NCBI GenBank assembly: GCA_963704725.1
Contig: OY969934.1
Location: forward strand, 2,368,001 to 2,432,000
Length of the DNA: 64,000 nucleotides
Origin: an uncultured Actinomycetes bacterium
Lineage (GTDB): Bacteria > Actinomycetota > UBA4738 > HRBIN12
Direction of reading: 5' to 3'
Shown here: in pieces, positions 49,734 through 59,340 of the stretch
How positions within the stretch are numbered: position 1 is the stretch's first letter
How the letters are laid out: the number at the start of each line of letters is the position of its first letter
Notes under the pieces: generated by a model
The model's input: only the letters and a program-made list of their open reading frames with translations
The model's database searches: none
What the model was told of the DNA's origin: nothing
Position numbers and translations under genes: made by a program

Positions 49734-51041
49734 ATGGACTCCGCGCGCGTGATCCGCAGCTATCTGGTCATCACCGCCCTGTTCACGCTCTCCGCCTCGC
49801 TGATCTGGGGGATCAACACCCTGTTCCTGCTCGACGCGGGCCTCTCGATCTTCCAGGTCTTCCTGGCGAACGCCGCGTTCACCGCCGCGATGGCGCTGTT
49901 CGAGGTGCCGACCGGCGTCGTGGCCGACACGCGGGGGCGGCGGGCGTCGTTCCTGCTCTCGGAGACCACGCTCGCCGTGGGCACGCTGGCCTACGTGGGT
50001 GTGGCGGCGATCGAGGGCGGACTCGTCCTCTTTTGCCTCGCCGGCGTCATCCTCGGCCTCGGCTACACCTTCTACTCCGGCGCCGTCGAGGCTTGGGTCG
50101 TGGACGCGTTGAAGGCCACCGGCTACGCAGGGGGGCTCGATCGGGTCTTCGCGCGGGCGGGCGTCGTCTCGGGCGTCGCCACGCTCGTGGGAACGGTGGG
50201 CGGCGGGCTCCTCGGCCAGATCGACCTCGCGATCCCCTACGTGGCGAGGGCCGTGCTCCTGATCGTCGCGTTCGCCGTCGGATTCCGTTCGATGCACGAC
50301 ATCGGCTTCGCGCCCCGAACCCTCCAGGTGCGCGGCATCGTCGGCGAGATGCGGAAGGTCGGACGGGCGGGGCTCACGTTCGGCTGGCATGCGCCCGCGA
50401 TGCGGCTGCTGGTCCTGCACTCGTTCCTCGTCTACGGCTTCTTCCTCTGGGCGTGGTATGCGTGGCAGCCCTACTTCCTCGAGCTCTACGGCCGCGACGC
50501 CATCTGGGTCGCCGGCGTCATCGCCGCGCTGTTCTCGCTCGCCGGGATCTGCGGCAGCGTGCTCGTCGGGCGGCTGGCCACGCCGGGTCGTCGCCGGACG
50601 ACCATCCTGCTGACCTCGAGCGCCGTGCTGTCCGCGACGATGGTGGCGACGGGTGTCGTCCAGCGATTCTGGGTGACCGTCCCGATCTTCCTGCTCGGGG
50701 CCGTCGTCGCCGGCATCCTCCAGCCCGTCCGCCAGACGTACCTGCACCACTCCATACCAACCTCGGAGCGCGCCACGCTCGTCTCGTTCGATTCGCTCGT
50801 GGGGAGCCTCGGCAGCATCGGCGGCCAGGTGGGACTGGGCTTCCTGTCTCAGGAGCGATCGGTCCCGGCCGGGTTCGTCGTGGGCGGACTCGCCACGGTC
50901 CTCTCGCTGCCGATCTTCGGCCGCCTCCGGGCCCTCCGAGAACCGGCCGACCTGATCGTGGCCGAATCGCCGGAGCGCGAGGGCGCGTCGATCAATCCCG
51001 AGGTGCCCGGCGTACCGAGCGACGTGGCGTACGACTCGTGA
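49734..51041 (+). CDS. MFS transporter
   Basis: FEVPTGVVADTRGRR, SGAVEAW, about twelve TM segments. Confidence 0.88.
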   Translation: MDSARVIRSYLVITALFTLSASLIWGINTLFLLDAGLSIFQVFLANAAFTAAMALFEVPTGVVADTRGRRASFLLSETTLAVGTLAYVGVAAIEGGLVLFCLAGVILGLGYTFYSGAVEAWVVDALKATGYAGGLDRVFARAGVVSGVATLVGTVGGGLLGQIDLAIPYVARAVLLIVAFAVGFRSMHDIGFAPRTLQVRGIVGEMRKVGRAGLTFGWHAPAMRLLVLHSFLVYGFFLWAWYAWQPYFLELYGRDAIWVAGVIAALFSLAGICGSVLVGRLATPGRRRTTILLTSSAVLSATMVATGVVQRFWVTVPIFLLGAVVAGILQPVRQTYLHHSIPTSERATLVSFDSLVGSLGSIGGQVGLGFLSQERSVPAGFVVGGLATVLSLPIFGRLRALREPADLIVAESPEREGASINPEVPGVPSDVAYDS

Positions 51042-51089
51042 CGGTGGAACCGGCGAACGGCGGTTCGAATCGCTCGACGCCGACGGGGC

Positions 51090-51515
51090 TTACCCCTCGA
51101 GCAGCGACTTCAGGTTGCCGAGGGCCGTCTCCCAGCTCTGCTCGGAGACCGCCTTGGCCTCCTCCGAGGGCACGTTGCGCTCCGATACCGTGAGCTCGGT
51201 CGAGCCGTCTCGCTCGGAGAGCGCCCAGGTGACCTCCTGGTAGTGCTCCGGCCGGTCCGGCGTGCCGGAAAGGTCGCTCCAGTGCGTGTGCACCAGGAGC
51301 CTCGGCGGCTCCACGCGGACGATCTCCCCTTTGTCCACGTAGGGCTTGCCCTGCCACTTCCCCCGGTGGACGATCGGGCTCCCCGGCGTCCAGTCGGTCT
51401 CGGTGTCGACGCCGAAGAACCACCTCTTGATCCGCGCAGGCGTCGTGATGGCCTCCCAGACCCCCTCCACGGGGGCTTGGATCGTGGTCGAGGTGGACGT
51501 GCTGAAGCCGCTCAT
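51090..51515 (-). CDS. SRPBCC/AHSA1 domain protein
   Basis: IQAPVEGVWEAIT.P..IKRWF, VEPPRLL, W..LGNLKSLLE. Confidence 0.85.
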   Translation of the reverse strand: MSGFSTSTSTTIQAPVEGVWEAITTPARIKRWFFGVDTETDWTPGSPIVHRGKWQGKPYVDKGEIVRVEPPRLLVHTHWSDLSGTPDRPEHYQEVTWALSERDGSTELTVSERNVPSEEAKAVSEQSWETALGNLKSLLEG

Positions 51516-51562
51516 CTCGTCGGACGATATCCCGTGGTCGGCGCGGTCAAACGCGTCGGCGC

Positions 51563-51949
51563 TCAGGACGAGGACGCCACCTTCCACAGGTAGCCGTCGG
51601 GGTCGCTGAAGTAGCCGAAGTACCCCCACTGCACCGCCGCCGCCTCCTTGACGAGGCCGCCGCCGGCCGCCAGGGCCTTGGCCATGATCTCGTCCACCTC
51701 GTCCCTCGTGGGCACGATGAAGTGGAACGAGACGCCCCGGAACCCCGACCCCTCGGACGAGACACCCGCGTCCTGGGCGGCGGCCTCCCGCTGGTACAGG
51801 GCCAGCGACGACGACGCTTCCCCGAGGTTGAACGACACGAAGTGCGGGTGATCCTGGTCCAGTGCGCAGCCCAGCCCCTCCGCGTAGAACGCCCTGGACC
51901 TGGCCAGGTCCTCCACCCCGATCATGATGGCGGTCACCTGCAGCGACAC
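51563..51949 (-). CDS. VOC/glyoxalase family protein
   Basis: GVEDLARSRAFY, GYFSDPDGYLW. Confidence 0.88.
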   Translation of the reverse strand: MSLQVTAIMIGVEDLARSRAFYAEGLGCALDQDHPHFVSFNLGEASSSLALYQREAAAQDAGVSSEGSGFRGVSFHFIVPTRDEVDEIMAKALAAGGGLVKEAAAVQWGYFGYFSDPDGYLWKVASSS

Positions 51950-51989
51950 GGTGGTCTCCTTTCCGTCGGCTCGACCTTCCAACCGGAAT

Positions 51990-52016
51990 GACGGAACGGA
52001 TCGGACGAGTGTGACC
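51990..52016 (-). promoter_or_regulatory. ECF41-like promoter
   Basis: Minus strand GGTCACA-N16-CGTC, 40 bp upstream of the VOC start. Confidence 0.5.
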
Positions 52017-52053
52017 GGGCCAGAGGTGATCTGATGTCGTGGACCGGCGGCGG

Positions 52054-52551
52054 CTATTCGCCCTCGCCGGCGAAACGGAGCATCGAGCGGAGCATCGCGG
52101 CCATCGACTCCTGCTGCTCGGGCGACAGGTGCGAGGTCACGGCGACCTCCTCGGCGTTGAACCGCGGGAACAGCTCCTCGATCTTGCTCTGGCCGAGGCC
52201 GGTGAGCGAGACGCGCACCATGCGGCCGTCGGCGGAGTTCTTCCGGCGCTGTACGAGGCCACGCCGCTCGAGCGTGGTGACGACACCGGTCGACGTGGGC
52301 CGGCTGATGCCGACCGCGGCCGCGAGATCGCGCGATTCCATCTCGCCCCACACCCAGAGAACCCACAGCGCGACGAACGAGGTCCACGAGAGCCGGTCGT
52401 CGGCCAGGACCTTCGATTCCATGTGACGGCGGATCGCGGCGGAGGCGCGGAACAGGTTTGAGACCGCCCACATCGCGCGGAAGTCGAGCGGGAGGTGGCC
52501 GAGCCGCTCGAGCACCTTGCGTTCGGGGGGGAGCAGGCCGTCGTCGGTCAC
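52054..52551 (-). CDS. MarR family regulator
   Basis: LSWTSF..L, LERRGLVQR..DGR..VSLT. Confidence 0.9.
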   Translation of the reverse strand: MTDDGLLPPERKVLERLGHLPLDFRAMWAVSNLFRASAAIRRHMESKVLADDRLSWTSFVALWVLWVWGEMESRDLAAAVGISRPTSTGVVTTLERRGLVQRRKNSADGRMVRVSLTGLGQSKIEELFPRFNAEEVAVTSHLSPEQQESMAAMLRSMLRFAGEGE

Positions 52552-52576
52552 GAGGGCCGAAGTGTACCCCCAGCCG

Positions 52577-53440
52577 TCAACACGAATTGAGCGAGTCGGC
52601 GCCCGCGCCCCCGGCGCACGAATCGTCGCCCGGGCCGCCCAGGAGCTGGTCGTCGCCGTCGCCGCCGTGGAGGTCGTCCTTCCCTTTCCCGCCCTCGAGG
52701 AGGTCGTCGCCCGGACCCGAGATCAGCAGGTCGTCGCCGGCCCGGCCCAGCAGGTGGTCCCGCCCCGATCCGGTCCGGATCTGATCGTCGCCGTCCCCGC
52801 CGTCGACGAGCATCGATCCCGAGAACGCCACGCCGGTGATCGTGTCGTCCCCCGAGCCGCCCTGCACGGCGACGATCTCGACTCCCTGCAGCTTCGTCAC
52901 TTCGGAGCCCTCCGCGTGCAGGATGCGGCGGTCGTTGACCAGCCACCCGCCGGCACCCGAGACGGCTACCCGGTCCTTCCCCGAGCCGCCGACGACGACA
53001 CCGCCGCCGCCCCCGGGGAACAGCTTGTCGAACCCGTCGCCGCCCCGCAGCGTGTCGACGCCCCCGCCTCCGTACAGGTGGTCGCCCAGCGGGGAGCCGA
53101 TGAGCGTGTCGTTGCCGGCCTCGCCGAACACCGCGATCTCGAGCAGGATGTCGAAGGAAGGCCGGCCGAGGTCCGAGAGCACGATCCGATCCGGCCCATC
53201 GCCGGCCCGCACGAGCACGGACCGCACGTTCGAGCAGTGCACCCGGCCGCCGCTCGGCGCCTCCCCGTTGACCTTGACGTTGCCGTTGTCGCAGGTCACG
53301 GCGATCGTGTTCGCCCGGCCGTCCCCGTTCACCGTGAGGATCCCGAGCGCGAACTCGGCGGTGACGTCCGCCGACGCGGGCACGGCGGGGACGAGCACGA
53401 GCGCGAGCGTCAGCGCCAGGACCGCGAGCGTCCTGAGCAT
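52577..53440 (-). CDS. Secreted calcium-binding (RTX/hemolysin-type repeat) protein
   Basis: Signal peptide ending ASA; many GGxGxDxL nonamers. Confidence 0.85.
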   Translation of the reverse strand: MLRTLAVLALTLALVLVPAVPASADVTAEFALGILTVNGDGRANTIAVTCDNGNVKVNGEAPSGGRVHCSNVRSVLVRAGDGPDRIVLSDLGRPSFDILLEIAVFGEAGNDTLIGSPLGDHLYGGGGVDTLRGGDGFDKLFPGGGGGVVVGGSGKDRVAVSGAGGWLVNDRRILHAEGSEVTKLQGVEIVAVQGGSGDDTITGVAFSGSMLVDGGDGDDQIRTGSGRDHLLGRAGDDLLISGPGDDLLEGGKGKDDLHGGDGDDQLLGGPGDDSCAGGAGADSLNSC

Positions 53441-53486
53441 GCCGAAGACGCTAGCCCACCACGGTCCCCGAGTCACCGAACCCGGC

Positions 53487-54659
53487 TCAGAACGTGAAGT
53501 TGCGGGGCGGGTCGGTCATCGTGAGGACCGGGCGCTCGGCGCCCCACGCGCTCACGTCGGACTCGGCCTTGCCGTCGTACACGAGCTCCACGAGCGACTT
53601 GCCGAACACGCTCGCGAACTTGAACGCGTGCGCCGCACCCAGGCCGAGCGCGATGCGCTCGTGACCGGGGACGAGGTCGAGGACGAAGTCGCGATCGGGC
53701 GTCATCGTGTACAGGCAGGTCTTCTGCTTCAGGTACGAGCCGAACCCCCCCGGCAGGTGCTCGCGCATGAACGAATCGACCGTCTCCGAGTAGTCGGGCC
53801 GCGGGTCGAACGAGCGCGTGTCGCCGGTGACCTCCGGCCCGCCGACGTCCCACCCGATCTTCGCCCCGGGTTCTCCGAACGCGGGGAACCCGTAGAACGA
53901 GGGCGTCCCCATCCAGATCCACACCGGGAACCGCTCCGGCGCGAACGCCTCGAAGTCCGTCGACGCATAGTACGTGACCTGCTCCTGCGTGACCGTCAGG
54001 TTGATGGGCCGCCAGAGCGGCCCGAGCACCTCGTTCGTCCACGCGTCGCACGCGAGGACGACGCGCTCGGCCCGGTACGTCCCGGCCTCGGTCTCGAGCT
54101 CGTACAGCCCGCCGGCGTCGCGGATCTCGGTCACCCGAGCGTGGTCGACGAGGGTGGCCCCCATCGACGAGGCGAGGCGGCGGTGCGCGGCGTTCGCCGT
54201 CGCGGCCGCCGCGATCCCGGCATCCGCCTGGTACATCACGCGGACGTCGTCGGTGAGGCGCCACTGCGGCCACCGACGCATCGCCTCGGCAGCGTCGAGC
54301 CACTCGGCGGCCACGCCTACCTCGTCGAGCGAGTGCGCGTAGTCGTGCATCCAGCCGTGCGCGCGCTCCGGGTACAGGTCGAGGCCGCCGGTGCGGACCA
54401 CGAGCCGGTCGCCCGACTCCTCCTCCACGACGCGCCATGCCTCGTAGGCGTCCTGCGCGAACCGCACGTACGCCGGCGTGTGATACGAGAGCCGGATGAT
54501 CCGCGAGTGATCCTGCGACGCGCCGCGCTCGTGGCCGAGCTCGAAGCGCTCGAGCCCGAGGACGCCGGAGCCGGCGCGCCTGGCCGCCCAGTACACCGCG
54601 CCCGAGCCGATCCCGCCGAGGCCGACCACGGCGATCTCGAACTCGCGAGGATCGCTCAC
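53487..54659 (-). CDS. Monomeric sarcosine oxidase / N-methyl-L-tryptophan oxidase family (SolA-like)
   Basis: GLGGIGS, GASQDHSRIIR, CLYTMTPD covalent-FAD Cys, AHAFKF. Confidence 0.88.
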   Translation of the reverse strand: MSDPREFEIAVVGLGGIGSGAVYWAARRAGSGVLGLERFELGHERGASQDHSRIIRLSYHTPAYVRFAQDAYEAWRVVEEESGDRLVVRTGGLDLYPERAHGWMHDYAHSLDEVGVAAEWLDAAEAMRRWPQWRLTDDVRVMYQADAGIAAAATANAAHRRLASSMGATLVDHARVTEIRDAGGLYELETEAGTYRAERVVLACDAWTNEVLGPLWRPINLTVTQEQVTYYASTDFEAFAPERFPVWIWMGTPSFYGFPAFGEPGAKIGWDVGGPEVTGDTRSFDPRPDYSETVDSFMREHLPGGFGSYLKQKTCLYTMTPDRDFVLDLVPGHERIALGLGAAHAFKFASVFGKSLVELVYDGKAESDVSAWGAERPVLTMTDPPRNFTF

Positions 54660-54660
54660 G

Positions 54661-55656
54661 TCAGACTTCGGTCTCGGTGTGGGCGTGGTACTCGTACGCG
54701 CTCATGGCGCGGCCGGTCGTGCTCTTCCAGTCGCGCTCGTCGGCCGGGACGCGCCCCAGGGCCTTGGCCATCGCCCGGACGTGCGCCTGCACCGAGCCGC
54801 AGCACGAGCCGATGTAGTTCACGCCGCCCTCGTTGGCGCGGCGGGCGAACTCGGCCATCTCCTGGCGCGAGAGCTGGAGCGGATCGAGCTCGTAGGGGAA
54901 GCTCGGCAGCGCCGTGAAGTCGGGGCGCTCGGACGTCGTCCGGTAGGCGACGGGCTGGGCGGCGACGAACCCCTCCACGGCGCCGCGCATCTCGAGCGCG
55001 ATGGGGAGCTGCTGCCCGGGGCCGTTCAGGCAGTTGACGCCGACGATGTCGGCGCCGGCGTCGCGGAGCCGCCGGGCGCACTCGGCGGGCGTGTCCCCCT
55101 CGTACGAGCGCGGCACGGGCTGCTCGAACGACATCGTCGCCATGACGGGCAGGCCGGTGGCCTTGGCGCGCTCGACGAACAGCAGCGCCTCGCCCAGGTA
55201 GCTGTACGTCTCGCCGATCCAGAAGTCGGGCGGGCCGGCGTCGACCTGGTTCTGGAGCTGCCGGTCGAACAGCGCCCGCACGCGGTCGGAGCTCGCGGGA
55301 TCCTCGGGCTCGTACGCCCAGGTCAGGGAGAGGTTGCCCGCGACGAGCGCGTCGCCCTCGGCCGCGACCTCGCGCGCGATGCGGACGGCGTCCCGGTTGA
55401 TCTCGTCGACCCTGCCGGCGAGGCCCACCGTGGCGAGCTTGTCGTCGCTTGCGTAGAAGGTCATCGTCTGCAGCACCTCGGCGCCGGCGCGCAGGAACTC
55501 GCGATGGAGCTGCGCCAGCGCGTCGGGGTGCTCGACCACCACCTCGGGCGTGAACGGCCCCGCCTGCACGTAGCCGCGCTTCTCGAGCTCGAGCAGGTAC
55601 CCGCCGTCGCCGACCACCGGCCCCTCGGCGAGACGTTCCAGGATCCCCTTCGTCAT
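54661..55656 (-). CDS. Betaine-homocysteine S-methyltransferase-like protein
   Basis: KGILERL..GDGG..LEKRGYV.AGP.TPE..LHREFLRAG; Zn ligands GVNC and GSCCG. Confidence 0.85.
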   Translation of the reverse strand: MTKGILERLAEGPVVGDGGYLLELEKRGYVQAGPFTPEVVVEHPDALAQLHREFLRAGAEVLQTMTFYASDDKLATVGLAGRVDEINRDAVRIAREVAAEGDALVAGNLSLTWAYEPEDPASSDRVRALFDRQLQNQVDAGPPDFWIGETYSYLGEALLFVERAKATGLPVMATMSFEQPVPRSYEGDTPAECARRLRDAGADIVGVNCLNGPGQQLPIALEMRGAVEGFVAAQPVAYRTTSERPDFTALPSFPYELDPLQLSRQEMAEFARRANEGGVNYIGSCCGSVQAHVRAMAKALGRVPADERDWKSTTGRAMSAYEYHAHTETEV

Positions 55657-55748
55657 GCGCGGCTCCTTCGTCGAGGGCGGCGGACCGAGTCTAGTCACGG
55701 CCGCGGGCACGACCTCGAACGGGCCTGTGACCGGAGGTCACCGGACGA

Positions 55749-56642
55749 TCAGGCGACGAGCACGCACTCCACGCCGTGGAGGCCCGAGACGACCTCGTCC
55801 CAGGTCGAGCCCTCGTCGGCGGATCCGAAGACTCGGCCGTCCCCCGTCCCGAAGGCGGCGAGACCGTCCGCCGCGTCCAGCCATGCGCTGTCGATGTTCG
55901 CGTCGAACCACTCGGGCATCCCGGCCGCGCACCGTTCGAACGGGCCGTCGAGGATCGGGCCGCGATAGAGCGCGGCCCGGCCCCCCCGCGGACCGAGCGA
56001 GGCCGACACGAGCACGGTCTCCCCGATCACCGCGACACCGCGGCAGTACGAGGCGTGGAGACCCTCGTCGCGGATCGTCCACGAGTCGCCGCCGTCCCGG
56101 CTCACCGCGAGCCCCGTGGCGCAGGCCGCCAGGACGCCCTCGTCGCCGGCCCACACGCGGTGGACGTCGGCATCGACGTCGATCGTCGGCTCCCACGTGC
56201 GGCCGCCGTCCCGGGATCGAGCGATCCCGCCGACGTGGACGTTCACGTACACGGCGTCGCCATCCTCGGCGATCGAGCGGGTGTCGGGCGGACCGCCCCA
56301 CGGCGTGTACCAGCCGTCGCGGCCCTCGACCGCCTCGAAACCCGTGACCGTCTCGAAGCCGCGGTCGCCGACGCTGGCCAGATGCGCCTGCGCCAGCCCG
56401 ACGAGCAACCCCGACCGCGTCGGCGCGATGCAGGTCAGCTCCTCGTTGCCGAGGACGGCGGACCATCGGGACCAGCGCCCGCCCTGCGTTCGGCGGACCT
56501 GGTGGTGATCGAGGATTGCCCAGAGCTCGCCGGCGCCGCGGGCCAGCGCGGTCACCCGATGGCCGGCGTGCTCGAGCTCACCCTCGCGGCCGTCCTCGAA
56601 CACGCGCAGCCCGTCCACCGTCCCCACCAGGATCCGGGGCAT
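55749..56642 (-). CDS. BNR/Asp-box repeat beta-propeller protein
   Basis: SRDGGRTW, SRDGGDSW, SADEGSTW Asp boxes. Confidence 0.75.
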   Translation of the reverse strand: MPRILVGTVDGLRVFEDGREGELEHAGHRVTALARGAGELWAILDHHQVRRTQGGRWSRWSAVLGNEELTCIAPTRSGLLVGLAQAHLASVGDRGFETVTGFEAVEGRDGWYTPWGGPPDTRSIAEDGDAVYVNVHVGGIARSRDGGRTWEPTIDVDADVHRVWAGDEGVLAACATGLAVSRDGGDSWTIRDEGLHASYCRGVAVIGETVLVSASLGPRGGRAALYRGPILDGPFERCAAGMPEWFDANIDSAWLDAADGLAAFGTGDGRVFGSADEGSTWDEVVSGLHGVECVLVA

Positions 56643-56691
56643 GCCCAGGATGGTACGTCGGGCGCTCGTCGGCGATGCCTAGGATGGTCGC

Positions 56692-57192
56692 GTGGACGCA
56701 GACAGCCTGCTCGCGCTCGTCCGGTTCCACGCGTGGGCGAACGACCGGATCCTCACGACGGCGGCCGACCTGTCGGACGAGGAGCTCCGCGAGGCGACGA
56801 ACCTCGATCATGGCAGCGCGTTCCAGACGCTACGGCATCTCGTCGACGTCGACTGGAGCTGGCGCGAGTTGTGCATCGGGAACGACGTAGGAGAGAGCTA
56901 CGTGTGGGACCACGGCTTCGTGCTCGACGATCTTCCGGCCATCCACGCGTTCTGCCTCCAGGAAGACGCGCGCCTGCGCCACTACGTCGAGTCCCTGGAC
57001 GGGGCGGCGCTGAGCAAATCGGTGGCCATCGGCGCGGACTTCGCCCGGTCCCGATGGCTCATCCTCGCGCACGTCGTGAACCACGGAACGCAGCACCGCA
57101 GCGAGCTTGCTCGGTACCTCACCGAGCGCGGGCACTCCCCTGGCGAGCTCGACCTCCTGGACGCGGTGGAACTGCCGTGGCCGCCCACCTGA
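56692..57192 (+). CDS. DinB family protein
   Basis: WANDRIL, TLRHL, HVVNHGTQHRSE. Confidence 0.88.
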   Translation: MDADSLLALVRFHAWANDRILTTAADLSDEELREATNLDHGSAFQTLRHLVDVDWSWRELCIGNDVGESYVWDHGFVLDDLPAIHAFCLQEDARLRHYVESLDGAALSKSVAIGADFARSRWLILAHVVNHGTQHRSELARYLTERGHSPGELDLLDAVELPWPPT

Positions 57193-57336
57193 GCCTGTGA
57201 GTGCGTCGCGACCGCCACTGCCCACCAGAGGAAGGAGCGGATCAACCTTCCCTCTCACCCCCGACGCCCGGGAGGTTCCGGAACGGTTGTCTGCTCGAAG
57301 GTCCTGTTCCCCGAGCCCCGCGTTCATGAATCTCGA

Positions 57337-57912
57337 TCAGCCCTCCGCGAGGAGCGCGTAGATCTTCTTGCGGGCCTCCGCAAGGATCTCGGCGGCCGCC
57401 TTTCGCTGCGCCTCGGTACCGGTCCTCGCGATCTGCATGGCCGCGGCCCCGAGCTGGAACGCCGAGTCGCGGAACTGGGCGAGCCCCTCGCCGAGCGGTC
57501 CGAACTCCCACGGCGCGCCTCCGGAGCCTCCGCGCTCGCGGCGCTCCTCGAGCTCGGTGCGGCCGGCGTCGGTGATCGAGTACACGCGCTTGCCGTCCTG
57601 CTCCTGCCCGGTGACGAGTCCCTCGTCCTCGAGAAGCTGGAGCGTCGGGTAGATCGAGCCCGGGCTCGGGCGCCACATGCCGCCACTGCGCTGCTCGAGC
57701 TCCCGGATCAGGTCGTAGCCGTGCATGGGCTTGTCGGCGAGCAGGGACAGCAGCCCCGTGCGCACGTCGCCCCGGCGAGCCCGGCGACCGCCCCAGGGCG
57801 GACCCCCGAACCACATGTGCTCGCCGTGCCGGCCTCCACCCCACGGTCCGAACCCCTCGTGGTGCCGGCGGTGCTGATGCGGTGCCTGGTGCATCGGATC
57901 CTCCTTCGTCAC
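57337..57912 (-). CDS. PadR family regulator
   Basis: RRGDVR, PMHGYDLI, WRPSPGSIYPTL; GATATATC palindrome upstream (57934-57941). Confidence 0.92.
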   Translation of the reverse strand: MTKEDPMHQAPHQHRRHHEGFGPWGGGRHGEHMWFGGPPWGGRRARRGDVRTGLLSLLADKPMHGYDLIRELEQRSGGMWRPSPGSIYPTLQLLEDEGLVTGQEQDGKRVYSITDAGRTELEERRERGGSGGAPWEFGPLGEGLAQFRDSAFQLGAAAMQIARTGTEAQRKAAAEILAEARKKIYALLAEG

Positions 57913-57997
57913 GATGTCTCTTCAACCCATCGTGATATATCGTAACACGTCGCGACCTAGTGACAAGAGCTCGAAGAACGGTGGGTTCGGATCCAGG

Positions 57998-59245
57998 TCA
58001 GGCGGTGGCGCGCTCCAGCTCGCCGAAGACCCGGTCCAGGCCCCAGTCGAGCTCCTCCTGGCTGATCACCAGGGGCGGGGCGAGGCGGATCGTCGTCTCG
58101 TGGGTGTCCTTGGCGAGCACACCACGCTCCAGCAGGCGCTCGGCGAGCCGGCGGGCCGGACGGGCCTCGGGCACGAGCTGGACGCCGGCCCACAGCCCCC
58201 GGATCCGCGCCTCCTCCACCGCCGGCGACGCGACGTCGCGGAACCGCGCGGCCATGCGCTCGCCGAGCCGCCGGGAGTTCTCCTGGAGCTCGCCGGTGCG
58301 AAGGAGCTGGATCACGCGGCGGCCGATCGCGGCGCCGAAGGGGTTGCCGCCGAACGTGCTGCCGTGCTCCCCCGGCTTGTAGACGCCGAGCACCTCGCGA
58401 TCGGCGACGACCGCCGAGACCGGGATGATGCCGCCGCCGAGCGCCTTGCCCAGGATGAACATGTCCGGCCGGACGCCCTCGTGCTCCACGGCGAACGTGG
58501 TGCCGGCGCGGCCGAGCCCCGACTGGATCTCGTCGGCGATCAGGAGGACGCCGCGCGCGGAGCAGATCTCGCGCGCCCGGCGCAGGTAGCCGTCGGGCGG
58601 GATGACCACGCCGGCCTCGCCCTGGATCGGCTCGACGAGGAACGCCACCGTGTCCTCGTCGATCGCGGCCTCGAGCGCGTCGGCGTCCCCGAACGGCACG
58701 ACCTCGAACCCGGGCGTGAGCGGGCCGAAGTTCCGCTTGGAGCCCGGGTCGGTGGAGAAGCTGATGATGCTGATCGTGCGGCCGTGGAAGTTCCGCTCGC
58801 ACACGATGACCTTGGCCCGGTCGGGCGCGACGCCCTTGACCTCGTAGCCCCACTTGCGGGCGGTCTTCAGCGCGGTCTCGACGCCCTCGGCGCCCGAGTT
58901 CATCGGCAGGGCCAGGTCCATCCCGCAGAGCTCGGCGAGCTCGCGCAGGAACGGGCCGATCTGATCGTTGTGGAAGGCCCGGCTGGTCAGCGTGAGCCGG
59001 TCGAGCTGCTCCTTCGCCGCGGACACGAGCGCCGGGTGCCGGTGGCCGAAGTTCAGCGCGGAGTAGGCGGAGAGCATGTCCAGATAGCGGTTGCCCTCGA
59101 CGTCGGTGACCCAGCACCCCTCGCCCTCGGCCACGACGACGGGAAGTGGGTGGTAGTTGTGCGCCGAGTACCGCTCGACGAGCTCGATGTGCTCCTCGGA
59201 CGTCCTCGGCATGACGCCTTCGAGCCGGTCCGCCTGGGTGGTCAT
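57998..59245 (-). CDS. rocD: Ornithine--oxo-acid transaminase
   Basis: AHNYHPLPVV, SAYSALNFGHRHP, NSGAEGVETA, EPIQGEAG, DEIQSGLGR, LGKALGGG, HGSTFGGNP. Confidence 0.93.
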   Translation of the reverse strand: MTTQADRLEGVMPRTSEEHIELVERYSAHNYHPLPVVVAEGEGCWVTDVEGNRYLDMLSAYSALNFGHRHPALVSAAKEQLDRLTLTSRAFHNDQIGPFLRELAELCGMDLALPMNSGAEGVETALKTARKWGYEVKGVAPDRAKVIVCERNFHGRTISIISFSTDPGSKRNFGPLTPGFEVVPFGDADALEAAIDEDTVAFLVEPIQGEAGVVIPPDGYLRRAREICSARGVLLIADEIQSGLGRAGTTFAVEHEGVRPDMFILGKALGGGIIPVSAVVADREVLGVYKPGEHGSTFGGNPFGAAIGRRVIQLLRTGELQENSRRLGERMAARFRDVASPAVEEARIRGLWAGVQLVPEARPARRLAERLLERGVLAKDTHETTIRLAPPLVISQEELDWGLDRVFGELERATA

Positions 59246-59283
59246 CGAACGCCCTCCTGCTCTCCGAACGCCCCCACGGCGAG

Positions 59284-59321
59284 TGTACCCGCCGCCGGGC
59301 GGGCCTCCGGCGGCGGGTACA
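59284..59321. terminator. Perfect 15-bp stem-loop between the ABC permease and rocD
   Basis: TGTACCCGCCGCCGG-N8-CCGGCGGCGGGTACA. Confidence 0.6.
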
Positions 59322-59340
59322 GGGGGTTGGAGCAGGGGGT

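Noticed and set aside
51040-51090. GGTTCGAATC motif as a tRNA remnant or the island's second att site
   Set aside because: The T-stem does not pair properly and the flanks do not match the tRNA-Glu 3' end
48179-51193. Very long alternative-frame ORFs (1004 aa here; also 4204..7470, 36946..39156, 57998..60160 extensions)
   Set aside because: Arg/Pro/Gly-rich shadow frames typical of high-GC DNA; the real genes are the motif-bearing portions
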